Source of the DNA: a virus
Taxonomy: Duplodnaviria; Caudoviricetes
Strand: one strand, 5' to 3'
Length of the DNA stretch: 52,859 bases
IMG/VR virus record: IMGVR_UViG_3300027816_000137
Span: 1 to 52,859 of that record
The notes beneath the pieces were generated by a model. The model was given only the letters and a program-made list of their open reading frames with translations. It was not told the DNA's origin and ran no database searches. The position numbers were made by a program, and so were the translations under genes. Shown here piece after piece: positions 37,820-47,839 of this stretch (position 1 is its first letter; the number at the start of each line of letters is the position of its first letter).

Positions 37820-38141
37820 CGCATAGTATCCCCTTTGATACGGGATGAATTTCGTTTACATCAGTTTAAGCTTTATGCCTTATGCCGTACGTTGTAGCGT
37901 CAGCTATACACCTTCGTAGCAGCCCAGATATACCTGTAAATCTTCTCATTACTTACAGCTGCTACCCATAAGGGTCTTTATGTGCTTAAACCATTTGCTA
38001 CGCTATCGGGGACACCTCGCTGTCTATGTTGACAGCTACTACCCGACGTCTGGGCTTTGGATTGATAGGGTAAACCTCTATCTCTAGAAAGCCGTAACTA
38101 CCTTGAGGGATAGTGCGTATGTCTGGACTTGTTCCTAGACT
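37820..38141 (-). ncRNA. Candidate ~320-nt structured ncRNA with its own promoter
   Basis: TAACTTTG box at 38153-38146; ORF-free; GC-richer than its flanks; many local and long-range stems. Confidence 0.5.
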
Positions 38142-38208
38142 ACTTCAAAGTTAGCATTAACAGCTGAAATTAAAAAATAATTTATATTGTTTTTTTGCAA
38201 CAATGTTG

Positions 38209-38269
38209 TAAATTTGTAATATCTCAAAAAGCCGTCCCCGACTTGTTTCTACTTGTCGGGCCTTTTTTT
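38209..38269 (+). promoter_or_regulatory. Rightward -7 box followed at once by a terminator-like hairpin
   Basis: TAAATTTG at 38209-38216; CCCGAC-ttGTTTCTACtt-GTCGGG then T7. Confidence 0.55.
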
Positions 38270-38334
38270 AAAGTGTTAATACTATTTTTAACTAATAACA
38301 GCTAATAACACTACATTTACAAAAATTATTCGTA

Positions 38335-38727
38335 ATGAAAAAACTTTTTGTTTCTGTATTACTTTTAACAGCACTTGGCTCTAAAGCACAGGTGTCGCAG
38401 ATAGAGTTTACAGCAGCCGATACACTCACCAACGCAGATACCATCGTTAAAAATATTACTATTTCTAACAGCACCGAAGCTATATTGCTACAGCCTGTTA
38501 TCACTAGATTGTCGGGTACTGCTGCTGGAAAGGTAGTACTTCTGCAAAGCGTTGATGGTACTACTTTTATACGTACAGATAGTATTACTCTGTCTAATGT
38601 GGTGACTAATACAGCTTTTATCAGCAAGGTTAGCCCTGTTGCTCCGTACTACAGAATCGAGTTCATCAGCTCCGGCACAACAGCACTTATCCCAAGATTG
38701 TGGTATTACCAAAGAAAAAATAAATAA
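38335..38727 (+). CDS. Secreted beta-sandwich protein with a Sec signal peptide
   Basis: MKKLFVSVLLLTALGSKA|Q; 3 of its 4 Asp residues lie in DTL, DTI and DSI; SVDGTTF...PYYRIEF beta pattern. Confidence 0.7.
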   Translation: MKKLFVSVLLLTALGSKAQVSQIEFTAADTLTNADTIVKNITISNSTEAILLQPVITRLSGTAAGKVVLLQSVDGTTFIRTDSITLSNVVTNTAFISKVSPVAPYYRIEFISSGTTALIPRLWYYQRKNK

Positions 38728-38729
38728 AT

Positions 38730-39026
38730 ATGTTTATAACTAAAAAAGGTATAAAATCTGTATTTGGAGCTTCTGATAATGGGAAGAAGAAGGTTATTAA
38801 AACAAGTGAAGGTAAAAATATAACTAAATTCAGAAATAATCCAATTAGCGGTGGAGCTGTATTGAAAGTTAAAGATGTTACATATAAAACAGAAAGTACA
38901 CCATCAGTTAAATTTAAAGAGAAACTAATTACTACGCCTAGCGGTAAAAGATATGAAAAAAGAAAGTTGAAAGAAGGAGGAAAAGTAGTAAAAAGAGAAA
39001 AAATACGAGTAGACAAAAACAAGTAA
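38730..39026 (+). CDS. Lys-rich small protein
   Basis: About a quarter of residues are Lys. Confidence 0.6.
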   Translation: MFITKKGIKSVFGASDNGKKKVIKTSEGKNITKFRNNPISGGAVLKVKDVTYKTESTPSVKFKEKLITTPSGKRYEKRKLKEGGKVVKREKIRVDKNK

Positions 39027-39048
39027 TTAATTTAAAAAACAAATACAA

Positions 39049-40251
39049 ATGGCAGTAATATTAAAACCTAGAAGTAATAAGCAGGGTATTGTAGATACTT
39101 CTGCTGACCTAATAAAAATAGAGGGTAGAGAGAATTATACAGTACTCGTAAAAGACTTAGGGGTATTCGAGTGGGTGGTATCTGGTACTGTTGACAGCGC
39201 AAATATATTTGCTGGTAAGAACGGATTTTGGAGCAGAGTGCTTCAATCAGCTGAAGGGCTGTTAGCATATACAGCAGAAGACCAAGCTAATAAGTCAACA
39301 AATGTTATTACTGATGGAGCAAGTGATGTTAAGTATCCTTCTGTTAAGGCAACTAAAACTTATGCCGATTCATTGGTTACTGGACTTCTTGATGACAGAG
39401 GTAACTTTACTCCTGGACTTACATCTCCTGGTGCTTGGCCAACTACAGGTGGTAGCGGAACTGCTGGTGCTATTATGAAAGGTGACATTTGGTTTTGCTC
39501 TGCTAGTGGATTTATGGGTACAACAGCTGTAGTAGCTGGTTCAAGTTTTCGTGCTATAGTAGACACTCCTGGTCAAACAGCTGGAAACTGGAACGTTCTT
39601 AGTGCAGGTGCTATTACTTCAGCTACTCCTAGCTTACAACAAGTAACAGACGCAGGAGCTACTACAAATGATAGCATATTTATAAGCGGAATAAGTGGAG
39701 GTATTCTTTCTACAGCAACTACTACAGATTTTGGTTCTGCTGCTTTGATAACATTTAACTCTCAAGGTGGTGCTATAGAACTTGCTAATACAATAGGAGA
39801 TATAGCTGCAATAAGATGTCAAAATATAAATGGCAACAGAACGTATCAACTTCCTAATGCTTCAGGTACTCTTGCCCTCACCAGTGACGTTGTACTTCCC
39901 TATAAAGTGTATACAGCATCTTTAACTTTTAGTGGAACATCTAATCCAACAGTTACAGTTTATCAAAATACAATAGGAAATGGTTCTGGAGATGGTGTAA
40001 ATGATATAGCTATTACAATACAGAATTTTGGACTTTGGTTTGAAGTAAATATGACAGGTAGCACTGCATTTCCTGCTGGTAAAACTTGGATGCAACCTAG
40101 TTTGTATTTTGGAAACAGTAACTTATACAATGTTTACTTTTATAGAATGAGCAATACACAAATAAGATTTCAATCTATAGACACTACAGATAATTCAGTT
40201 AGTTTTGCAAATGGATTTTCTGTAAATTTTGAAATTAGAGTTTACCCATAA
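39049..40251 (+). CDS. Head/tail fibre protein
   Basis: YTAEDQANK, SLQQVTDAGATT, LPNASGTLAL and a YKVYTASL C-terminal domain. Confidence 0.7.
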   Translation: MAVILKPRSNKQGIVDTSADLIKIEGRENYTVLVKDLGVFEWVVSGTVDSANIFAGKNGFWSRVLQSAEGLLAYTAEDQANKSTNVITDGASDVKYPSVKATKTYADSLVTGLLDDRGNFTPGLTSPGAWPTTGGSGTAGAIMKGDIWFCSASGFMGTTAVVAGSSFRAIVDTPGQTAGNWNVLSAGAITSATPSLQQVTDAGATTNDSIFISGISGGILSTATTTDFGSAALITFNSQGGAIELANTIGDIAAIRCQNINGNRTYQLPNASGTLALTSDVVLPYKVYTASLTFSGTSNPTVTVYQNTIGNGSGDGVNDIAITIQNFGLWFEVNMTGSTAFPAGKTWMQPSLYFGNSNLYNVYFYRMSNTQIRFQSIDTTDNSVSFANGFSVNFEIRVYP

Positions 40252-40277
40252 TATTAAAATTTTAAAAACAAAAAAAA

Positions 40278-40817
40278 ATGGCAGTACAATTAAAACCTCG
40301 TTCTAACAAGCAAGGACTTGTGGACACAACAGCTGACCTCGCTGCAATAGATGGTCGTGAAAATTATACCGTTCTAGTAAAAGACTATGGAGTTTTTGAA
40401 TGGAATGGTACAGGAACAGCTAATAGCATTGATATTTTTGCTGGCAAAACAGGCTTTTGGTCTTTGATTACTAGCTCTGCTGCGGCAGGAAGCGTAGCAG
40501 TAAAAACTTACCGTGCTCTCGTTACACAATCATCTACTTCAGCTCCAACAGCTACTGTTCTTGAGAACAGCTTAGGCGCAGCTGTAGTATGGGCTCGTAG
40601 CAACACGGGTGTTTACACAGCTACTCTCGCAGGAGCATTTACATCTGACAAGACTTTTATCATGTCTTCAGGTAGTACAGGTGCTATCACAGCTGTAAAA
40701 GATGTGGTAACAGCAAGAACATCAGCTGACGTAGTTACTGTTAGCACAGGTGCAGCAGGTACAGCAGCAGATGGTATCCTTAGCGCATACGCTATCGAAA
40801 TACTTGTTTACCCATAA
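40278..40817 (+). CDS. Short fibre/decoration protein, paralogue of 39049-40251
   Basis: Shared ~63-aa N-terminus (LKPRSNKQG...GRENYTVLVKD.GVFEW...IFAGK.GFWS) and shared C-terminal domain ending EI.VYP. Confidence 0.75.
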   Translation: MAVQLKPRSNKQGLVDTTADLAAIDGRENYTVLVKDYGVFEWNGTGTANSIDIFAGKTGFWSLITSSAAAGSVAVKTYRALVTQSSTSAPTATVLENSLGAAVVWARSNTGVYTATLAGAFTSDKTFIMSSGSTGAITAVKDVVTARTSADVVTVSTGAAGTAADGILSAYAIEILVYP

Positions 40818-40840
40818 TAGAATTATAATAATCACAACTA

Positions 40841-40876
40841 AGCCCCGCACTTTTGCGGGGTTTTTTTGTATATTTG
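40841..40876 (+). terminator. Terminator with an overlapping -7 promoter box
   Basis: CCCCGCA/TGCGGGG stem, T7, then TATATTTG at 40869-40876. Confidence 0.75.
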
Positions 40877-40894
40877 ACGCATAATAGAAAACAA

Positions 40895-41539
40895 ATGAAC
40901 TACAAAACACTACGTGGTGAGCTTCTTGTCATTGTAGATAAAGAAGATAAATACGTTCACCAAATAGAAGGTACCGACATCAAACTATTCATCGACAAAG
41001 ACTTCGGATGGAATGAAAGAGAGAAGAACGCTGTTAACGCAGTTGTCAAACATCCCGGCTCAACATCACTTTCAGAGGGTACACGGATTGTATGTTGGCA
41101 TAACTGCTTCACAGAACACTCACTGGTAGATACCATAGATTCAGAAGAGGAGTCTGTATATGGAGGTAAGAAGAAACTGCAACTGCATAAGCTAAATCCA
41201 AAACACGTATTCTTTTGGTTTTCTAATGGTAAACCTGTACCAATGCCTGGATATATACTCGCAGATAGAATATATTACAAGCCAGAATCAGAAGCCATCA
41301 TCCTAACAGAAGTATCTGAACAGAAAGAACAAAACAGAGTGGTAGTAAAATTACTATCAGGAACAAACGATACACCACTTAAAGAAGGAGATATTATCAT
41401 CATCGAGACAATGGCAGACTACGAAGTGGTATATGCTGACGAGGGACGTGAGCACAGGCTGATACGCATCAAAGAAGAAGATGTTATAGCTGTAGACAAC
41501 GGATTTGAAATAACAGAAAAAATGAGGGTAGGAGTATGA
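40895..41539 (+). CDS. GroES-like duplicated-domain protein
   Basis: Two repeats of GroES-like beta motifs (LSEGTRIV; LKEGDIII...RIKEEDVIAV); just upstream of the packaging genes. Confidence 0.6.
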   Translation: MNYKTLRGELLVIVDKEDKYVHQIEGTDIKLFIDKDFGWNEREKNAVNAVVKHPGSTSLSEGTRIVCWHNCFTEHSLVDTIDSEEESVYGGKKKLQLHKLNPKHVFFWFSNGKPVPMPGYILADRIYYKPESEAIILTEVSEQKEQNRVVVKLLSGTNDTPLKEGDIIIIETMADYEVVYADEGREHRLIRIKEEDVIAVDNGFEITEKMRVGV

Positions 41540-41868
41540 TAGACGCAAGCAAACTAAAAGAACGGATAGAAGAACTAGAGAAGGAGCTTGAAGCCTACAA
41601 AGGAGATGGCCTGCAAGGTCTTTACCACGCACTCAACTACCAGCTGTCTAAGCTGTCAGAAGAACTTAACGGAGAGTATGTGTCCTTTAAATCCAAAAAC
41701 GATAAAACATTTGAAAGAGTATGGAAAGCAATGGTGGACTCAAAAGACGTAGCACAGAACCTGCTGTGGCTAAAAAAAGAACTCAAAATAGGAAACGAGA
41801 AGGAGGAGAAGCAGGAGGAGAAACAACTGACAACACGCAACCCGATAGAGGCGTTCATAAAGCAGTAA
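41536..41868 (+). CDS. Terminase small subunit candidate
   Basis: Small helical protein upstream of TerL. Confidence 0.45.
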   Translation: MIDASKLKERIEELEKELEAYKGDGLQGLYHALNYQLSKLSEELNGEYVSFKSKNDKTFERVWKAMVDSKDVAQNLLWLKKELKIGNEKEEKQEEKQLTTRNPIEAFIKQ

Positions 41869-42674
41869 TGCTACATGGAATCCCTTATATAAACGTAAAT
41901 AAAAACTATAACGGAAAAGAAGTAAGAGAGTTCCTGGCAATCTATAGAAACAAGTACTACCAAAAAAACAGGGATTATCTAAAAGTAAAGTACAGCCTTA
42001 AAAAACATAAGGACAAGAAAAGACGAATTATAGCCAACTACATCGAAAGAACAAAGGCAGCATACAGATTACTAAAGAAAGAACAGAAAAGAATAGAAAG
42101 ACTTAAAAAAACAAACAAGAAGAAGCTGGAAGTAGAAAGAAAAAAGTATGACCAGTTTGTAGTACAACAAAAAAAAGAGATACGAAAGAAAGAGAGGGAG
42201 AAACTAAAGTACAAGTACGTAGACGTAGACGGCAATACGAACCCGCGCAATTACGATATAATTACGTGGATTCGAATTTATACTAAAATTAATGTAATTC
42301 GCAGAAGAACAAAATTAAAATCACAAGAAATTTTGATTCTTTTGTGGATATACTCAAATGGTGAAGGAAACTCCAAGTCTACACAGTGGGCAGAGTTCAC
42401 CGATATGGGTAGTAAATACGTCAGGGTGTATTCTCTAAGACTGATTGAGTTCAACCTGATAAAAAGAGAAAAAATAGGAACCGCATATCACTATGATTTA
42501 ACAGAAAGAGGTAATAAATTTATTACACCTATCATAGAGTTTGTAAAACTAAAAACCGCAGATGCAAAAAGAGTCAAACGTAAATATGTACGGAATAGAG
42601 TACAACCTTCCGAAACAACCCCCGGCATACAAGATGGAGGGGACTCAGTACAGCAAGAAGGAACAGTACTTTAG
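41868..42674 (+). CDS. Lys-rich protein with a C-terminal MarR-like winged HTH
   Basis: TAATG-coupled start; ILILLWI...LRLIEFNLI...YDLTERG. Confidence 0.6.
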   Translation: MLHGIPYINVNKNYNGKEVREFLAIYRNKYYQKNRDYLKVKYSLKKHKDKKRRIIANYIERTKAAYRLLKKEQKRIERLKKTNKKKLEVERKKYDQFVVQQKKEIRKKEREKLKYKYVDVDGNTNPRNYDIITWIRIYTKINVIRRRTKLKSQEILILLWIYSNGEGNSKSTQWAEFTDMGSKYVRVYSLRLIEFNLIKREKIGTAYHYDLTERGNKFITPIIEFVKLKTADAKRVKRKYVRNRVQPSETTPGIQDGGDSVQQEGTVL

Positions 42675-44598
42675 ATATACCGAGATACCTGAATCGTTTG
42701 AGCAACTAGAATACGATTCATCAGGTAACGTGCTATGGAATGATAAGCAGTGGGACTTCATCATGAGGGAACTAACCAGATGCCGCGATGGACATTGGTT
42801 CCTTAATAATGGGATGCCTACCTATCTTACAGGAAAATACTACTATTTCCTTAACTACTTCACCCTTGAAAATGGAGATAAACCGCAGTACAGGGACTGT
42901 GATAGAAGATACTACCTGTTCCTGGACCACTGCGAAAAGTCGCCTAACATACTAGGAATCATAAGGGTTAAGTCTCGACGTGAAGGTGCTACCTCGCAAG
43001 CCTCATCTAATCTTATATATACAGCTACAACCACCGAGCAGGCTAAATGTGGTATCGTGTCAAAGACAGGTGATGATGCTAAGTCTGTATTCAAAGAGAT
43101 GGTCGTGTACGCATTCCGTAACCTACCACTATTTATGAAGCCTGATATAGCAGCAGGCGATGACCCTGAGAAGATTCTTAGGTTTATGAAGCAGGTGTCT
43201 AGGATAAAGAAGAAGCAACAGACATCCATCATCGAAAAGCCAGAAGGTCTGAACTCACAGATAGACTTTAAAAATACAAAGCTAAACAGCTATGACTCTA
43301 AAAGAAATACAAGGCTGTTAATAGATGAAGGAGGTAAGTATCCAACAGACGTACCCATCCAAAGGTACTGGCCAATCGTACGCAAGACACTTGAGAAAGG
43401 TAGCCGCAAAGTGGGATTCGCAGAGCTCCCATCAACCGTAAACAAACTGAAAGACGGAGGAGCAGGGTTTAAAATCTTATGGAACGAATCTAACCAGTTT
43501 ACCCATAAGACAACTCCAACAGGACTTTACAGATACTTCAAGCCAGCATACGACGGATACGAAGGATTTATAGATAGGTATGGACTTAGCATTATCGACC
43601 CACCAACAAAAGACCAAGAGAGATTTCTTCAAGAGACAACTACACTTACGATTGATGAGATAAGACTAGGTGCTAAAGAATACCTGAGACAGAGAATCGA
43701 AAAGATAGAAGATGACGAGATGAGGCTGGAAGAAAAAAGGATGATGCCTTTTACAGAAGAAGAAGCCTTCGCTGCCGATGACTCAGAATCATTCTTTAAT
43801 ACTACACTCATCAGGGAACAAATTGAATACCTGAAAGAAAACAAACCACCACTAAGAAGAATCACATTCGGATGGGATGATAAGAACAAAGTAGATTACA
43901 AGGATGACCCAAATGGTAAGTGGATACTACTCAAGCAGCCAAGAGAAACAAACGCAATACACTGGGATGACTCCGGCAAAAAGCCATCTAACATACACAG
44001 GTATAAAATAGGAGTTGACCCATTCGCCTCTACCATCATAGTCGGTAAGGGCTCAAATGGAGTTATCGTAGTATATGAGCAGCTAGACACCACAGACCCA
44101 GAAAACACAGGGATGCCTGTTGCTATGTATGTAGCAAGACCTAAGACAAAGAATCTGTTTCACTCTGAAGTACTTATGGCTTGCCACTTTTTCGGATGCA
44201 AGGCTACTTACGAAAATGCGAATGATGACTATTTCGAATGGTTCATAGACAAAGGACATAAGAACTTTATCACCAAAACTCCTAAGTCTGTTATAGACCC
44301 TAACAGAAAAGCTAAGACTGTTCAGACATGGGGTGTGTCACCGAAAGACCCATTCTCACTAAATAAACAGCTTGAACTTGCTCAGTTTTGGGTGGACAAC
44401 TACTCACATAAAATGTTCTTCAAAGAAATATTTGAAGATATGTTAGAGTACGACCACTTCAACAGAACCAAGTCGGATATTACTGTTGCATTCATGATTG
44501 CACTTGTAGCAGCGGCTGGTGACGTTAGAAATGTGTTGAAAGAAAAGAAGGAGGTAGCACCCTTTCTTGCTACGTACGATATAAGCAACATCAGATAG
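42562..44598 (+). CDS. terL: Terminase large subunit
   Basis: KSRREGAT Walker A, LLIDEGGK Walker B, PST coupling motif, IGVDP nuclease motif. Confidence 0.92.
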   Translation: MQKESNVNMYGIEYNLPKQPPAYKMEGTQYSKKEQYFRYTEIPESFEQLEYDSSGNVLWNDKQWDFIMRELTRCRDGHWFLNNGMPTYLTGKYYYFLNYFTLENGDKPQYRDCDRRYYLFLDHCEKSPNILGIIRVKSRREGATSQASSNLIYTATTTEQAKCGIVSKTGDDAKSVFKEMVVYAFRNLPLFMKPDIAAGDDPEKILRFMKQVSRIKKKQQTSIIEKPEGLNSQIDFKNTKLNSYDSKRNTRLLIDEGGKYPTDVPIQRYWPIVRKTLEKGSRKVGFAELPSTVNKLKDGGAGFKILWNESNQFTHKTTPTGLYRYFKPAYDGYEGFIDRYGLSIIDPPTKDQERFLQETTTLTIDEIRLGAKEYLRQRIEKIEDDEMRLEEKRMMPFTEEEAFAADDSESFFNTTLIREQIEYLKENKPPLRRITFGWDDKNKVDYKDDPNGKWILLKQPRETNAIHWDDSGKKPSNIHRYKIGVDPFASTIIVGKGSNGVIVVYEQLDTTDPENTGMPVAMYVARPKTKNLFHSEVLMACHFFGCKATYENANDDYFEWFIDKGHKNFITKTPKSVIDPNRKAKTVQTWGVSPKDPFSLNKQLELAQFWVDNYSHKMFFKEIFEDMLEYDHFNRTKSDITVAFMIALVAAAGDVRNVLKEKKEVAPFLATYDISNIR

Positions 44599-44629
44599 AT
44601 GTTGTATTTTTGGGAAAATACTACAACTC

Positions 44630-47083
44630 TTGACTCCGTTTTATAATCCAACATTGCAGTTTCAACTCAATCTTGATGGCGTATCAGATAAAGAGCTTGG
44701 CGAGAAAATGGCTAAGTACGTCCATTCCATTGTTTCAAATGAATACTTCGAGAAAAGGAATGTAGAGATTTCTAAGAATATGAAAGTATCCACCGGAAGG
44801 CAGGATATGAGAGACTATATGCAGTTCCTTAACATTGACGGAAAGCAGTCGTATGTTAACCTGGACTGGACTCCTCCAATGATTGCTCCTAAGTTTATGG
44901 AAGTACTTATTGGAGGGTTTATGAAACGTTCAGAGAAGCCAAGATGTACAGCAGTAGACCCTATCAGTACAAGAAAGAAAAAGTACGATAAGGATATGGC
45001 TGAGTTCAGAATGCTTGAGCCTGAGTTTAATAAGATGGCTGATGAGGCACTTGGTACGTACAAAGGACAAGACACATTTGAACCTGAAAGCTATGATGAA
45101 CTGGACATCTTCTTCAACGTTGACTACAGAACACCTGAAGAAATCCTCATGGAACGGGGAGCATCTATGGTTATGCACAACAACAACTGGAATGATATTA
45201 AGCGTAACCTATTATGTCACATCAGAGATGCAGGATACGGAGTTACTTATACAACAGCTGAAAATGATGGAACTGTAACAGTAGAAAATATTAACCCTAT
45301 AGATTACTTCTGCTCCTATTCTGAGAGAAACGACTTAAACGACGCATCTGTGATGGGGCATCGTAAGTCTATGAAACTGTACGAGTTAAGGAAGCAATTC
45401 GGAATGAATGAAGAGCAGCTTTTCGATATTGCCAAAACTTCTAAGGATTGTGTAAACCCTTACACCTTCAAGTGGAAGAATGAATATATGAATCCCGGCT
45501 CCCGACCTTATGACGATTACGCCATTGAAGTTTTGTTCTTTGAAGCAAAGACTGTACGTCCTATGTTTTGGGTTGAGAAGAACAGGGAGAACAGGAAATA
45601 TGTAGAGCGTAAGAAAGGAAGGCCTGAGAATGTAGCCGAAGATAAGATTGTGATACAGAAAGAGATGGAGGTTATTTACAAAGGCGTCTATCTACCTCAG
45701 TCTAATAGACTTCTGTATTTTAAGCAAAACTCTCCAATGATTAGACCTTCTAATCCTAAAGAGTTGACTAAAGCTTACTTCAGCTATTCGGTGTATATGC
45801 CTGGTAATATAGGTATGAACAATACGCCTCTTGCTGAAAGGATTAGTTCTTCAGTGCGTATGATTACGCTCACACATATGAAGATTCAGCAGCTTCTAGC
45901 CAAGATGAGACCATCTGGTATAGCTGTAGATATATCAGGATTGAAGGAGGTAAACCTAGGACAAGGCGAAGTAAAACCTCTTGAGCTACAGCGTGTTTAC
46001 GACCAAACAGGTAACGTATATTACAACAGCGTTGATGAAGATGGCGAAAGAAGAAATATGCCAATCAATGAATTACCAAATATTGGTAATATTAATCAGA
46101 TTAATGCTGCAATACAGGTGTATAATTTCTACGTAGCTAAAATACGTGATGAAATTGGTATCAATGAATACAGAGAAGGTTCAAGCGTTAATCCTAAAAT
46201 GGGATTAGGCGTTTTACAATCTCAAATACGCGAGTCTAACAATGCTACTGATTTCATCTATGATACTTATTTGGAAATTACTGAGCAGACGCTTACGAAA
46301 ATAGGTATCTTACTTCACGATTCAGTAGTGTATGGAGGTAAGGCATATAGAGAGTTCTTTGGTAATGCAGACCTCGCTAATATGTATTTCGAGTTCAAGA
46401 TGGAGATGCTTCCTGACGATGTAGAGAAATCTTACGTAGACCAGTTGGTAAATACAGCAGTTGCTAATAACCTGATAAACTTCGATGACGCATTTAAGAT
46501 TCGCAGGATTGATAATGTGAAGTTGCAGGAGCTATTCCTTACTAGAGCCAAGAATAAGAAGATGAACGAGGAGATGCAGAAGGCTCAGCAGAACTCTGAA
46601 ATGAACGCTCAGATTCAAGAGCGCTCAGCACAGGCTAAGATGCAAGCAGATGCTGCTATAGAAGAGCAGAAAGCTAAACTAAAAGTAATGGTTGAGGAAT
46701 CGTCATCAAGATTTAAGAATGACGAAAATATGCAGAAGTTTGTACATGAAGTTTTACTAACTTCGTTTAAGGAAGGCATACAGCTTACAGGATACGTGAA
46801 GGATATTGTAGATGGCTTCTTTGCTGAGAAGGCAAGGCAGAAACAAATGGAGGAAGAAGCAATAGCTCAACAGCAGCAGCAGGCTCAAATGGAATATCTT
46901 GCTCAGCAAGGTGTTGGACCAGAGCAGATAGCTCAACTGAAGCAACAGATGGATGCTGAGGCTATGGGTGGTGGTCAAGAAGGTGGTCAACAGGGTGGTC
47001 AAGAAGGTGGTCAAGAAGGTGGTCAACCTAACGAACAGCAAATGATGCAGATGATGCAACAGATGCAACAACAACCTCAATAA
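44630..47083 (+). CDS. Portal protein
   Basis: Directly after TerL; 817 aa; YVNLDWTP and IGINEYREGS motifs; Gln-rich tail. Confidence 0.85.
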   Translation: MTPFYNPTLQFQLNLDGVSDKELGEKMAKYVHSIVSNEYFEKRNVEISKNMKVSTGRQDMRDYMQFLNIDGKQSYVNLDWTPPMIAPKFMEVLIGGFMKRSEKPRCTAVDPISTRKKKYDKDMAEFRMLEPEFNKMADEALGTYKGQDTFEPESYDELDIFFNVDYRTPEEILMERGASMVMHNNNWNDIKRNLLCHIRDAGYGVTYTTAENDGTVTVENINPIDYFCSYSERNDLNDASVMGHRKSMKLYELRKQFGMNEEQLFDIAKTSKDCVNPYTFKWKNEYMNPGSRPYDDYAIEVLFFEAKTVRPMFWVEKNRENRKYVERKKGRPENVAEDKIVIQKEMEVIYKGVYLPQSNRLLYFKQNSPMIRPSNPKELTKAYFSYSVYMPGNIGMNNTPLAERISSSVRMITLTHMKIQQLLAKMRPSGIAVDISGLKEVNLGQGEVKPLELQRVYDQTGNVYYNSVDEDGERRNMPINELPNIGNINQINAAIQVYNFYVAKIRDEIGINEYREGSSVNPKMGLGVLQSQIRESNNATDFIYDTYLEITEQTLTKIGILLHDSVVYGGKAYREFFGNADLANMYFEFKMEMLPDDVEKSYVDQLVNTAVANNLINFDDAFKIRRIDNVKLQELFLTRAKNKKMNEEMQKAQQNSEMNAQIQERSAQAKMQADAAIEEQKAKLKVMVEESSSRFKNDENMQKFVHEVLLTSFKEGIQLTGYVKDIVDGFFAEKARQKQMEEEAIAQQQQQAQMEYLAQQGVGPEQIAQLKQQMDAEAMGGGQEGGQQGGQEGGQEGGQPNEQQMMQMMQQMQQQPQ
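46970..47026 (+). repeat. 12-bp coding tandem repeat (GGQE/GGQQ)
   Basis: GGTGGTCAA(GAA/CAG), about 4.75 copies. Confidence 0.9.
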
Positions 47084-47084
47084 T

Positions 47085-47297
47085 ATGATTATCAAGAAAA
47101 AAAATTCAAGCAAACCTTCATTCACAGCGGAAGAGTTAACTAAGTTTAAAGCTATGTATGACGCTGTTAAGTCTATGGAAGAAGATGACGATGAGGATGA
47201 TGAAGACTTGGAAGAGGAAGATGGTTCAGAAGATTTACCTGCCGTGATTATTATGTCTGCAAAGAAGAAGGGTAAGATGATTAAAAAATCAAAATAA
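47085..47297 (+). CDS. Small acidic/basic protein
   Basis: Basic termini with an acidic middle. Confidence 0.6.
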   Translation: MIIKKKNSSKPSFTAEELTKFKAMYDAVKSMEEDDDEDDEDLEEEDGSEDLPAVIIMSAKKKGKMIKKSK

Positions 47298-47298
47298 T

Positions 47299-47688
47299 AT
47301 GCCACTAATAAAGAAGAGTAATGAACCAAATGGGAGTTCAGATGATATTAAAATAGCTAAAATAAAAGCTACTATAGCAAGAGCTGCTGCTATGGGTAAT
47401 AAGTCTGCTATTAGAATGACAATGCCAAATCCTCCATCTCTCATTTTTAAGGATGAAGAAGGATTTATGTCTGAAGGAACTCATTATATGGCCTCTATGG
47501 GTAATTATGCTGTCCCTTTTATACAGCAAGGAAAGGATGGTAAGTTGTTTTATAATAAAAATGCTTCACCAAATGATGCTGAAGCTATACAATTTGATAA
47601 TGAAGAGGATGCTAGATATTTTGCGGAAAATTATAAAAAAATTGCCCCTATGATGAGGTCGTCAAAATTCTTAAAAAAATCTCAATAA
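47299..47688 (+). CDS. Hypothetical protein
   Basis: THYMAS...VPFIQ...AIQFDNEEDARYFAENYK. Confidence 0.6.
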   Translation: MPLIKKSNEPNGSSDDIKIAKIKATIARAAAMGNKSAIRMTMPNPPSLIFKDEEGFMSEGTHYMASMGNYAVPFIQQGKDGKLFYNKNASPNDAEAIQFDNEEDARYFAENYKKIAPMMRSSKFLKKSQ

Positions 47689-47689
47689 T

Positions 47690-47839
47690 ATGCCACTAAT
47701 AAAGAAAGACTCAAGACTTGAAAAAGCAGGTGTATTAGGATATAATAAGCCTAAGCGTACTCCTGACCATCCTAAGAAATCTCATATTGTAGTGGCTAAA
47801 GAAGGGACTCAAATTAAGACAATAAATATTTTTATTTAA
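47690..47839 (+). pseudogene. Truncated small basic protein (N-terminal half of the family represented by 48393-48689)
   Basis: YNKPKRTPDHPKKSHIVVAKEGTQIKTI, then a stop where the xFG motif is expected; the HNH gene starts at that stop. Confidence 0.55.

Noticed and set aside
37848-37871. Hammerhead-like CUGAUG...GAAA on the - strand
   Set aside because: A9 is replaced by U, there is no stem II and no NUH cleavage triplet in register.
41721-41867. Upstream extension of the wHTH ORF (similarly the starts at 5058, 8668, 10265, 40853, 34898 and 36093)
   Set aside because: These overlap the preceding gene, a terminator or an RNA element; downstream coupled or A-rich-leader ATGs are better starts.
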